This document shows, in pieces, positions 1 through 7,753 of a stretch of 24,000 bases of DNA (position 1 is its first letter; every line of letters starts with the position of its first letter). The DNA is from Brevundimonas sp. Its GTDB lineage: Bacteria > Pseudomonadota > Alphaproteobacteria > Caulobacterales > Caulobacteraceae. The notes under the pieces are model-generated. The model was not told where the DNA came from and did not search any database. It saw nothing but the letters and a program-made list of their open reading frames with translations. The stretch is taken from assembly GCF_041648115.1 (NCBI RefSeq), contig NZ_JBAZPR010000006.1:1-24000 (forward strand), given 5' to 3'. The translations under genes were made by a program, and so were the position numbers.

Positions 1-108
1 GAACACCTGACCGGCCAGCAATGGCTCGCCATCGCCGCCATCGTCGCCGCCTCGGTCGGGGCCATCGCGATGACGCGAGCGGACCGGGTTCAGATCGAAC
101 CGGCCTGA
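1..108 (+). CDS. 3' end of a membrane-protein gene (partial; starts left of the window)
   Basis: Frame 1 is open from base 1 to TGA at 106-108. The tail [35 protein letters not shown] is one hydrophobic helix plus a short tail. It overlaps the convergent MCP gene by 19 nt. The family cannot be assigned from 35 aa. Confidence 0.35.
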   Translation, partial: EHLTGQQWLAIAAIVAASVGAIAMTRADRVQIEPA

Positions 109-1604
109 CCCTTATTCCGCTCATCCCACCCCGACGCTGATGTTGAAGCCCCACCCGCATAGGCGCGAATGCGGGCGCGTTCGCGGGCAAGGGGGACGGG
201 GCCGGAACCCTGCGACAGGTCGTGGACCCGTGTCTGAACCTGCGCCTCGCCCGTGTCGAACCGTTCGACCAGTTGGGCCAGTTGCTCGGTCTCGGTCTTC
301 AGGCTCATGGCGGCGGCCGTGGTTTCCTCGACCATCGCCGCGTTCTGTTGCGTGACCTGATCCATCTGATTGACGGCGCTGTTGACCTGGCTCAGACCCG
401 TGGCCTGTTCCTGAGCCGAGGCGGCTATCTCGGAGATCAGGGCGTCCATTTCGGCGACCTTGACCGCGATGGCCGACAGGGCCGACCCGGTCTCGTTGAC
501 CAGGTTCACCCCTTGCGCCACCTCCTGGCCCGAGGTGGTGATCAGGGTCTTGATCTGTTTCGCGGCCTCCGCCGAGCGCTGGGCCAGGGCGCGCACTTCG
601 GATGCGACCACCGCAAAACCCCGCCCCGCTTCGCCCGCCCGCGCCGCCTCGACCCCGGCGTTAAGGGCCAGCAGATTGGTCTGGAAGGCGATCTCGTCGA
701 TCACGCCGATGATGTCGCTGATCTGGGTCGAGCTGCGCTTGATGCCGTCCATCGCCGCGATGGCCTGGCGCACCACCTCGCCCGAGCGGTCGGCCTCGGC
801 CCGTGCGCCCACCGCGGCCGATGAGGCCTGTTTGGCGCCGTCGGCGCTGCGTTTCACAGTCGCGGTGATCTGATCCAGCGCCGCCGCCGTCTCTTCCAGA
901 CTGGCGGCCTGCTGTTCGGTGCGGCGCGACAGGTCGTCGGACGCGCTGGAGATTTCGCCCACCCCGCCCCTCAGGCCCGACACGGCCCGCAGCGCCTGAC
1001 CCAGGGTCTGGCGCAGGCTTTCGACGGCGGCGTTATAATCGTCGCGCACCCGGACATGCGCGCCCTGCACCGGCGCATCGATACGCGCCGTCAGGTCACC
1101 CGCCGACAGCCGCGCCAGGACGCCGGCCAAGGCCTCGACCAGCAGGTTCTGCGCCTGCTCCGCCTCGATCCGCTGGGTCTCGCGGCGCGCGGCCTCCTGT
1201 TCTTCGGCCGTGATGTCGATGGCCAGTTTGATGACTTTCGTCGGCCGTCCGTCGGGGCCGAAGACCGGGTTGTAGGAGGCCTGCAGCCAGACCTCGCGTC
1301 CCCCCTTGGCCAGACGCCGGAACTTGCGCGCCAGGAACTGACCGGCGTTCAACTCGCGCCAGAAGGCGGCGTAGTCGGGCGAAGCGGCCTCGGCCGGGTC
1401 CATGAACTGGCGGTGATGGGCGCCACGGATCTCGTCCAGACTGTAACCCATCGTGGTCAGCAGGTTTGGGTTGGCGTCGATGATCGTGCCGTCCAGGTTG
1501 AACTCGATCACCGCCTGGGAACGGCCGATGGCGGCCATCTTGCCATCCAGGTCAATCAGGCGATCCCGCGCCTGAGACTGGTCAAGCCGTCGTTTCGCAA
1601 ACAT
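90..1604 (-). CDS. Methyl-accepting chemotaxis protein, PAS-containing, no TM segment (probably cytoplasmic)
   Basis: ORF 90..1748. The preferred start is ATG 1604 (MFAKRRLDQ...), because the 48 upstream codons run across the promoter-like region. A PAS-like block ([17 protein letters not shown]...[10 protein letters not shown]...AIDIT) is followed by the MCP signalling hairpin [41 protein letters not shown]. Confidence 0.9.
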   Translation of the reverse strand: MFAKRRLDQSQARDRLIDLDGKMAAIGRSQAVIEFNLDGTIIDANPNLLTTMGYSLDEIRGAHHRQFMDPAEAASPDYAAFWRELNAGQFLARKFRRLAKGGREVWLQASYNPVFGPDGRPTKVIKLAIDITAEEQEAARRETQRIEAEQAQNLLVEALAGVLARLSAGDLTARIDAPVQGAHVRVRDDYNAAVESLRQTLGQALRAVSGLRGGVGEISSASDDLSRRTEQQAASLEETAAALDQITATVKRSADGAKQASSAAVGARAEADRSGEVVRQAIAAMDGIKRSSTQISDIIGVIDEIAFQTNLLALNAGVEAARAGEAGRGFAVVASEVRALAQRSAEAAKQIKTLITTSGQEVAQGVNLVNETGSALSAIAVKVAEMDALISEIAASAQEQATGLSQVNSAVNQMDQVTQQNAAMVEETTAAAMSLKTETEQLAQLVERFDTGEAQVQTRVHDLSQGSGPVPLARERARIRAYAGGASTSASGWDERNKGQAGSI

Positions 1605-1642
1605 GTCCCAACCCCGTCCCCCAGGCGGATGCCCGTTCAGGT

Positions 1643-1658
1643 TGCAATAGTAGCGCCC
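1643..1658 (-). promoter_or_regulatory. sigma54-type (-24/-12) promoter candidate for the MCP gene
   Basis: The reverse complement reads GGGCGCTACTATTGCA. The invariant GG and GC are correctly spaced (GG-N10-GC), and 9 of 12 specified positions of TGGCACG-N4-TTGCW match. It lies about 40 nt upstream of ATG 1604. Flagellar and chemotaxis late genes use sigma54 in Caulobacter (established knowledge); use of this site is inference. Confidence 0.45.
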
Positions 1659-1761
1659 CGAATCGTTTCCGAAGTGTTTCGAGGCGGTCGAAAAGTCGCA
1701 CGTACGACTACTCAGGGACTCTACGTTAAACCCAGGCGCGCGCGCCAACCTTCACCGCTCG

Positions 1762-1769
1762 TTAACCAC
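1762..1769 (+). promoter_or_regulatory. CtrA half-site-like motif upstream of fliI
   Basis: TTAACCAC differs by one mismatch from the CtrA half-site TTAACCAT and lies about 40 nt upstream of the proposed fliI start. fliIJ is a class II, CtrA-dependent operon in Caulobacter (established knowledge); binding here is inference. Confidence 0.25.
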
Positions 1770-1808
1770 GATGGCGCATCTCTGAACCCCTGTTCCTGGG
1801 GTCTTTTT

Positions 1809-3152
1809 TTGCGCAATCTCGTCGCCGCCGTCGAAGCGATCGATCCGCTGGTCGTGACCGGCAAGGTCGCGGGCGTGTCGGGCCTGCTGATCGAGTCGCG
1901 CGGCGGCCTGTCGCGTCTCGCCGTCGGCGCCCGGGCCGAGATCAGCCGGCGCGGCCACTCCCCCCTGCCGGCCGAGGTCGTCGGTTTCCGCGATTCCAAG
2001 GCCCTGCTGATGCCGTTCGGCCCGGTCGAGGGCGTGGCCCCCGGCGCCGACATCCGCATCATCGACCAGGCCGCCAGCGTGCGCCCCACCACCGCCTGGC
2101 TGGGCCGCATCATCGACGCCTTCGGCCAGCCGATCGACGGCAAGGGACCGCTGCCCCAGGGTCCTGCCCCCTATCCCCTGCGCGCCCCGCCCCCGCCGGC
2201 CCATTCGCGCGGCCGTGTCGGCGAGCGTCTGGACCTGGGCGTGCGGGCGATGGATGTCTTCACCACCACCTGCCGGGGCCAGCGCCTGGGCATCTTCGCC
2301 GGGTCGGGCGTGGGCAAGTCGGTGCTGCTGTCCATGCTGGCCAAACAGGCGACCTGCGACGCCGTCGTGGTCGGCCTGATCGGCGAACGCGGCCGCGAGG
2401 TGCGCGAGTTCGTGGAAGAGACACTAGGCGAAGAGGGGCTGAAACGCGCTGTCGTCGTGGTCGCCACTTCGGACGAGCCGGCCCTGAAACGCCGCCAGTC
2501 GGCCTATATGACCATGGCCATCGCCGAATATCTGCGCGACCAGGATCTGGAGGTGCTGTGCCTGATGGACAGCGTCACCCGCTTCGCCATGGCCCAGCGC
2601 GAGATCGGCCTGGCGGCGGGCGAACCCCCGACCACCAAGGGCTACACCCCCACCGTCTTCACCGAATTGCCCAAGTTGCTGGAGCGCGCCGGCCCTGGCC
2701 CTGTGCGTCCCGACGGCACGACGGCGGCGCCGATCACCGCCCTGTTCACCGTCCTGGTGGACGGCGGCGACCATGACGAGCCGATCGCCGACGCCGTGCG
2801 CGGTATTCTGGACGGACACATCGTCATGGATCGCAAGATCGCCGAGCGCGGGCGCTTTCCCGCCATCGACGTGCTGAAGTCCGTCAGCCGCACCATGCCC
2901 GCCTGCCAGACCCCGCCCGAGCGCGAGCTGAACAAGCGCGCGCGTCAGTGCCTGTCGGCCTATGCCAATATGGAAGAGCTGATCAAGATCGGCGCCTATC
3001 GCACAGGCGCCGACCCCATCGTGGACCGCGCCATCGCGCTGAACCCCGCGCTGGAAGATTTTCTGGGTCAGGACAAGGACGACGCCACGCGTCTTTCCGA
3101 TTCCTTTACCCGGCTAGAGGACATCCTCAATCAAGGCATGATCAGAGAGTGA
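1809..3152 (+). CDS. fliI: Flagellum-specific ATP synthase FliI (type III export ATPase)
   Basis: ORF 1056..3152. The first ~250 codons are an Arg/Gly-rich shadow antisense to the MCP gene. FliI-like sequence begins at TTG 1809: (M)[28 protein letters not shown]. It has Walker A GSGVGKS, a Walker B region [12 protein letters not shown], and an F1/T3SS ATPase core. The start codon is inferred, not certain. Confidence 0.9.
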   Translation: MRNLVAAVEAIDPLVVTGKVAGVSGLLIESRGGLSRLAVGARAEISRRGHSPLPAEVVGFRDSKALLMPFGPVEGVAPGADIRIIDQAASVRPTTAWLGRIIDAFGQPIDGKGPLPQGPAPYPLRAPPPPAHSRGRVGERLDLGVRAMDVFTTTCRGQRLGIFAGSGVGKSVLLSMLAKQATCDAVVVGLIGERGREVREFVEETLGEEGLKRAVVVVATSDEPALKRRQSAYMTMAIAEYLRDQDLEVLCLMDSVTRFAMAQREIGLAAGEPPTTKGYTPTVFTELPKLLERAGPGPVRPDGTTAAPITALFTVLVDGGDHDEPIADAVRGILDGHIVMDRKIAERGRFPAIDVLKSVSRTMPACQTPPERELNKRARQCLSAYANMEELIKIGAYRTGADPIVDRAIALNPALEDFLGQDKDDATRLSDSFTRLEDILNQGMIRE

Positions 3153-3159
3153 CGACGAA

Positions 3160-3570
3160 ATGACCGCTTGGGCCCAATCCCTGATCCGCATCTCCAACTA
3201 CGAGGTCGAGACGCTGCAGAAGCGCCTGGCCGAGATCACCGAACGCCGCGCCAACGCCGAGATCCGCATCGCCGTCCTGGACGCCGAGGCCGAGGGCGAA
3301 CGCAACCGCGCCCGCATGGACGCCGAGGCCGGCATGATGCTGGGCGCCTATCTGAACGGCTGGAAATCCCGCAAGGCTGCGGCCGAGGGCGACCTGACCG
3401 TGCTCGACGCCGAGGAAGCCGGCGCCCGCGACGCCCTGACCGGCGCCTTCGAAGAGCTGAAGAAGTTCGAACACGTCGCCGAGACCACCCGCCTCAGCCA
3501 GTTGGTCGCCATCGCCAAACGCGAAACCGCCGCCTTCGACGAACTGGGCCTGCGGAAACGTGCGGTCTGA
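3160..3570 (+). CDS. fliJ: Flagellar export protein FliJ
   Basis: A 136-aa Ala/Glu/Arg-rich coiled-coil protein begins 7 nt after the fliI stop. Its size, composition and position match the fliI-fliJ operon arrangement known from Caulobacter. Confidence 0.75.
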   Translation: MTAWAQSLIRISNYEVETLQKRLAEITERRANAEIRIAVLDAEAEGERNRARMDAEAGMMLGAYLNGWKSRKAAAEGDLTVLDAEEAGARDALTGAFEELKKFEHVAETTRLSQLVAIAKRETAAFDELGLRKRAV

Positions 3571-3585
3571 CACCCGTCAGATTTC

Positions 3586-3608
3586 TCCCTCCCCCTGCGG
3601 GGGAGGGA
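3586..3608. repeat. REP-like GC hairpin, copy 1 (possible fliJ terminator without a U-tract)
   Basis: TCCCTCCCCC-TGC-GGGGGAGGGA forms a 10-bp perfect stem with a 3-nt loop, 16 nt after the fliJ stop. Confidence 0.75.
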
Positions 3609-3723
3609 CGTCGCGCAGCGACGGGGTGAGGGCGGCAGGTCGCCGTCGCACGGATTTAAGACAAGACAGCTCTGTGGGGCGTTGCCTGGCCCGCCCCACC
3701 CGGCGTCGGCTACGCCTCCGCCC

Positions 3724-3744
3724 CCCTCCCCCGCAGGGGGAGGG
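3724..3744. repeat. REP-like GC hairpin, copy 2 (inverted copy of 3586-3608)
   Basis: CCCTCCCCC-GCA-GGGGGAGGG. Its reverse complement (loop TGC) matches copy 1 over about 22 nt, so the two copies are inverted relative to each other. The right arm contains the GGAGG that serves as the SD for the xylanase ATG at 3753. Confidence 0.75.
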
Positions 3745-3752
3745 AAAATAGA

Positions 3753-4826
3753 ATGTCGATCTCCCGCCGCACCATCCTCGCCTCATCTCTGGCTCTGCCC
3801 CTGGCCGCCTGCGACCGCTTCGCCTCGGCCGAGCCGACGCCGCCGAACGTCCCGCCGCTGAAATCCCTGATCCCCTGCCCGGTCGGGACCTGTATCAAGG
3901 CCAGCCACATCGACGACCCCGACTGGATCACGCTTGCCCGCGCCAACGTCTCCCAGCTCACGCCCGAGTGGGAGATGAAGATGGAATACATCCTGGCCAA
4001 CGGCCTGGACCATCCGAACTTCGACCGCACCGACCGCATCGCCGCCTTCGCCCAATCCAACGGCATGGCGATGCACGGCCACACCCTGATCTGGTATTCG
4101 CAAGGGAAAGAGGCCTTCGCCGGTCTGGACGACGCCGCCTTCGACCGCGCCTTCGACGGCTATATCGCCGCGGTCGCCGGTCGCTATCGCGGCAAGGTCC
4201 GCAGCTGGGACGTGGTCAACGAGCCGATCCTGGACGATGGCTCGGCCATGCGCGACTGCCACTGGAGCGCCCGTTACGGCCAGGACGGCTATATCCTGCG
4301 CGCCTTCGAAAAGGCCCGAATCGCGGATCAGCAAGCCCTGCTGTTCCTGAACGAATACAATCAGGAAAGCGTCCCGGCCAAGGGCGCGCAGTTCCTGAAA
4401 CTGGTCGAACGTCTGCTGAAGGCCGGCTGCCCGCTACAGGGTCTGGGACTGCAATCCCACCTGTGGATCGACATCCCAGAGGGCGTTATCGCAGCCTATA
4501 TGCGCGAGGTCGCCCAGTTCGGCCTGCCGATCCATGTGTCGGAGCTGGACTGCACCCTGCGCACCGAAAACCGGCTGGACATGCGCAGCCAGGCCGACCG
4601 CATTGCCGCACAAGGCGCGCGCGTCACCGAACTGGCCTCGGCCTTCGCCGCCCTGCCCAGGGCCCAGCAGTTCGCCTTCACCGTCTGGGGCCTGCGCGAC
4701 ACCGATAGCTGGTATCGCCAGGGCGAAAAGGACGACGGCAAGGACAAGCCCCTGCCCTTCGACAGCTTCGGCCGCCCCAACCCGATGGCGGCCGCCATCG
4801 TGGCCGGCTTCAAGACCCCCGCCTGA
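3753..4826 (+). CDS. Glycoside hydrolase family 10 endo-1,4-beta-xylanase, Tat/lipoprotein signal
   Basis: The N-terminus MSISRRTILASSLALPLAAC has a twin-arginine-like SRRTIL and a lipobox LAAC. GH10 acid/base region WDVVNEP and nucleophile region IHVSELD are present in the right order and spacing. Confidence 0.88.
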   Translation: MSISRRTILASSLALPLAACDRFASAEPTPPNVPPLKSLIPCPVGTCIKASHIDDPDWITLARANVSQLTPEWEMKMEYILANGLDHPNFDRTDRIAAFAQSNGMAMHGHTLIWYSQGKEAFAGLDDAAFDRAFDGYIAAVAGRYRGKVRSWDVVNEPILDDGSAMRDCHWSARYGQDGYILRAFEKARIADQQALLFLNEYNQESVPAKGAQFLKLVERLLKAGCPLQGLGLQSHLWIDIPEGVIAAYMREVAQFGLPIHVSELDCTLRTENRLDMRSQADRIAAQGARVTELASAFAALPRAQQFAFTVWGLRDTDSWYRQGEKDDGKDKPLPFDSFGRPNPMAAAIVAGFKTPA

Positions 4827-4846
4827 ATACAGGCCTCTGAATACGG

Positions 4847-4884
4847 AAACGCCCGGCCGTCTTGCGACGACCGGGCGTTTCTTT
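4847..4884. terminator. Bidirectional rho-independent terminator
   Basis: AAACGCCCGGCCG...CGACCGGGCGTTT forms a 13-bp stem with one mismatch, has an A-run on the left and TTTCTTT on the right. It lies between the convergent xylanase gene (+) and the small secreted-protein gene (-). Confidence 0.8.
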
Positions 4885-4906
4885 GCGAGCCGGAGGGGTG
4901 TTAGGC

Positions 4907-5155
4907 TTACTTCTTGGGCTTGGCGGTCACGGTCGCCGGAGCCTGGACCGAGGTCTGGGCCTGGGCCTGATGACCCCGACGATGCGCGCGCGGCGCACGG
5001 GCCGACGGCGCGGGCGTCGTGACCGAGGCGGTCGCGGCCGGACGCGCGGTCATGGCGGTCGAGGGCGCCGGGGTCGTGCCTGCGAAGGCTGCGCCGCTGG
5101 TCAGGGCGGCGATGGCGACGGCGGAAACGGCGGCGGCGGTGCGGAAGGTTTTCAT
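4907..5155 (-). CDS. Small secreted Pro/Ala/His/Arg-rich protein, paralog 1 (82 aa)
   Basis: Sec signal MKTFRTAAAVSAVAIAALTSGAAFA|GT, then a low-complexity basic mature part ending KPKK. It is paralogous to the 5246..5446 gene. A terminator lies downstream. Confidence 0.6.
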   Translation of the reverse strand: MKTFRTAAAVSAVAIAALTSGAAFAGTTPAPSTAMTARPAATASVTTPAPSARAPRAHRRGHQAQAQTSVQAPATVTAKPKK

Positions 5156-5202
5156 GTCGATGTCTTTCGTTTGAGGTTCAGAAGTTCAACGTAGTCGGGA
5201 TC

Positions 5203-5226
5203 CTGCCGGCCGGGGGAAACCGGCAG
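5203..5226 (-). other. Intercistronic hairpin between the two small-protein genes
   Basis: CTGCCGG-N10-CCGGCAG forms a 7-bp stem. There is no U-tract on the minus strand, so it is not a convincing intrinsic terminator. Confidence 0.3.
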
Positions 5227-5245
5227 TACGTCATAGGCGTCGGGC

Positions 5246-5446
5246 CTACTTCTTCTTGGCGGGGGTCATCGCCCGGTGATGACGGGCGTGGCTGACCTGG
5301 CGATGCGAATGCGCACGGGCCGAGGCGGCGGGGCGGGCGTGAGAACCCGACGACGGGGCGGACGGCGTGCCGGCGAAGGCGGCGCCGCTGGTCAGGATCA
5401 CCAAGGCGGCGGCGCCGAAAGCGGCGGTGGAACGGAAGGACTTCAT
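5246..5446 (-). CDS. Small secreted His/Arg-rich protein, paralog 2 (66 aa)
   Basis: Sec signal MKSFRSTAAFGAAALVILTSGAAFA|GT. The mature ~41 aa contains 7 His and ends AKKK. It shares the MK(T/S)FR...LTSGAAFAGT..APS...ARPAA framework and a GAAAGAC leader motif with paralog 1. Confidence 0.6.
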   Translation of the reverse strand: MKSFRSTAAFGAAALVILTSGAAFAGTPSAPSSGSHARPAASARAHSHRQVSHARHHRAMTPAKKK

Positions 5447-5641
5447 GGCGGGTCTTTCTGTGTGTTTTGCGTCCGGCCTCGTGTCGGACAGTCACTGTTT
5501 CGGACCGCCGTCCGGCCGGTTCGGGGCCAGTCGGTGTCGCCGCGTGTCGGGCGCGAACAGATTTGTGTCCGACTGTATCCGCCGCGCTTTGGCCATGAGA
5601 CGGGACGACAGATCGCGCTTCAAACTGCTCGCCGAACGCCA

Positions 5642-6358
5642 ATGTCCCAGACCGCCGCCGCCCCTGTCCTTCTGGTCGTCGACGACGACCGCGAGATCCG
5701 CAACCTGTTGTCCGACCATCTGGAGCAGCACGGGTTTCGCACGGTGAAGGCCGCCGACGGCCGGGCCATGAAGGCGGCGCTGGAGGCGGGACCGGTCGAT
5801 CTGGTGGTGCTGGACCTGAACCTGCCGGACGAGGACGGCCTGTCGCTGTGTCGCGGCATCCGAGCCGTCTCGCGCACCCCGGTCATCATCCTGACGGCGC
5901 GGGGCGATCCCATCGACCGGATCGTGGGTCTGGAGATGGGCGCCGACGACTATATGGCCAAGCCGTTCGAGCCGCGCGAACTGGTGGCGCGCATCCGCAC
6001 CGTCCTGCGGCGCACGGGGGGCGAGGCGACGGCGATGGAGGGGCGTCACGCCGACTTCTCGAACTGGTCGTTGGATATCGCCGCCCGCGCCCTGACCGCG
6101 CCGGACGGGCGGCTGGCCCCGCTGTCGGGCGCAGACTTCGACCTGCTGCACGCCCTGGTCAGGAACGGCGGCAAGCCTCTGTCGCGCGAGCGGATCCGCG
6201 CCCTGTCCACCGTCGCCGACGCCGACGACCGCGCCATCGATCTGAGGGTCAGCCGCCTGCGCCAGAAGCTGGGCGACGACGCCAGGGCCCCGGCCCTGAT
6301 CCGCACGGTGCGCAGCCTGGGTTATATGCTGGTCGGACCCGTCACATGGCGCGCTTAG
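5642..6358 (+). CDS. OmpR-family response regulator
   Basis: ATG 5642 lies within ORF 5276..6358. The receiver has VLLVVDDD, VDLVVLDLNLPDEDG and a conserved K in AKPFEPREL. The winged-helix C-terminus has DLRVSRLRQKL...IRTVRSLGY. Confidence 0.9.
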   Translation: MSQTAAAPVLLVVDDDREIRNLLSDHLEQHGFRTVKAADGRAMKAALEAGPVDLVVLDLNLPDEDGLSLCRGIRAVSRTPVIILTARGDPIDRIVGLEMGADDYMAKPFEPRELVARIRTVLRRTGGEATAMEGRHADFSNWSLDIAARALTAPDGRLAPLSGADFDLLHALVRNGGKPLSRERIRALSTVADADDRAIDLRVSRLRQKLGDDARAPALIRTVRSLGYMLVGPVTWRA

Positions 6359-7668
6359 GGGCGCGCCTGACCCCGCGCCACGGCCGGGCCGAGGCCGAGA
6401 CCACGCGGCTGTTCCTGCTGCTGCTGGTCGGCGCCCTGCTGGCGGCGGGCGTGACCTTCGCCGCCCTGGGCCTGAACCATCGCCATCGCCTGTCCCAGGC
6501 CCATGACTTCACCACCGCCGAACGGATCGTGGACCTGGCCGGCTCCAGCGACGATCCCGCCGCCAGCCTGACCGACGGTCTGCCGGACGCGGCCGGTCAG
6601 AGGCTGGGCGCGCCCGATCCGTCGCTGACCCATGCGGTGGCCGAGGCGCTGAAGCGGCGGGGCGTCGACGGGGTCTCGGTCAAGGCGTTCGAGGCCTCAG
6701 CCGGGGCGTGCGGCGCGGCGGCCGATCGTCTGCGCTGTCGCATCCTGGTGTTGCGTCCGGTCAATGGCGCGCCCGTCCCGGTCGCCATCAGCCTGCCGCC
6801 CGCACCACGCCTCTGGACGCTCAGCCGCGAGGCCGTCGCCCTGCTGTTCGCCGGTCTGGCCGCCGTTCTGCTGACTGGCTGGATGGCGTCGCGCCTGGCG
6901 GCCGGACCGCTGAACCGTCTGTCCCAGGGCGCCGTCGCCCTCAGCCACGATCTGGACCGCCCGCCCCTGGTCGAGGAGGGCGCGCGCGAGGTGCGCCAGG
7001 CCGCCGCCGCCCTGAACGCCATGCAGACCCAGCTGAAGACCATGATCGAGGACCGCACCCGCGTCCTGGCCGCCGTCGCCCACGACCTGCAGACGCCCCT
7101 GACCCGGATGCGGCTGCGCGTCGAAAAGATCGAGGACGAGACCCTGCGCACCCAGTTCATCACCGACTTGGCGGGAATGCATCATCTGGTCCGCGAGGGG
7201 CTGGATCTGGCGCGGATCGAGACCACGGTCGAGGCCGTGACCCCCGTCGATCTGGACGCCCTGCTGTCCGCCATCTGCGAAGACGCGGCCGAGGCGGGCC
7301 AGCCCGTCGCCTTCACTCAGGGCTGCAACGCCGTCGTCCCGACCCGCCCCCAGGCCCTGCGCCGCTGCCTGACCAATCTGATCGACAACGCGGTCCGCCA
7401 CGGCGGCGATGCAGCCGTTAGCGCCGTCCGGGACGGCCGGACCCTCCGCCTGATCGTGCGCGACCACGGCCCCGGCGTGTCGCCGGACCAACTGGAGCGC
7501 CTGTTCGAACCCTTCTATCGCCTTGACCCGTCACGCTCTTGCGACAGCGGCGGCTCGGGCCTGGGCCTGACCATCGCCCGCCGCATGGCCGACCGCGCCG
7601 GCGCCCAGCTGACCCTTGCCAATGCCGACGGCGGCGGGCTTGAGGCGACGTTGACGTTCGAGACCTGA
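6346..7668 (+). CDS. EnvZ-type sensor histidine kinase (2 TM, HAMP, HisKA, HATPase_c)
   Basis: ATG 6346 lies within ORF 5848..7668 and overlaps the regulator stop by 13 nt. It has TM1 LFLLLLVGALLAAGVTFAAL, a periplasmic loop of about 130 aa, TM2, a HAMP domain, H-box AAVAHDLQTPLTRM, N-box NLIDNAVRHG, and G-boxes DHGPGV and GGSGLGLTI. Confidence 0.9.
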   Translation: MARLGARLTPRHGRAEAETTRLFLLLLVGALLAAGVTFAALGLNHRHRLSQAHDFTTAERIVDLAGSSDDPAASLTDGLPDAAGQRLGAPDPSLTHAVAEALKRRGVDGVSVKAFEASAGACGAAADRLRCRILVLRPVNGAPVPVAISLPPAPRLWTLSREAVALLFAGLAAVLLTGWMASRLAAGPLNRLSQGAVALSHDLDRPPLVEEGAREVRQAAAALNAMQTQLKTMIEDRTRVLAAVAHDLQTPLTRMRLRVEKIEDETLRTQFITDLAGMHHLVREGLDLARIETTVEAVTPVDLDALLSAICEDAAEAGQPVAFTQGCNAVVPTRPQALRRCLTNLIDNAVRHGGDAAVSAVRDGRTLRLIVRDHGPGVSPDQLERLFEPFYRLDPSRSCDSGGSGLGLTIARRMADRAGAQLTLANADGGGLEATLTFET

Positions 7669-7753
7669 CAAAAATCCGCCGGGCCTGCATCCAGAACGAT
7701 CGCTCGACGCCTCTCCCTGAAAGCGTCACCGTGACGCGCTCAGGAGACCGCCC

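Noticed and set aside
1056-1808. N-terminal 250 codons of the 698-aa fliI ORF, and ORFs 140..873 (+) inside the MCP gene
   Set aside because: They are antisense to the well-supported MCP gene and run through the divergent promoter region. FliI homology starts only at about 1809.
3560-3786. 63- and 69-aa ORFs across the REP-like hairpins
   Set aside because: Their translations (PSPCGGG..., PPQGEGK) simply read through palindromic repeats on both strands.
5178-5642. 154-aa minus ORF and the 5276..5641 extension of the response-regulator ORF
   Set aside because: They overlap the small secreted-protein gene and the intergenic region in other frames. They show no coding signal, and the regulator has a clean ATG at 5642.
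7723-7737. Inverted repeat GCGTCAC-C-GTGACGC upstream of the hydrolase gene
   Set aside because: It is only 7 bp per arm in GC-rich DNA, with no associated regulator or second copy. It is too weak to interpret.
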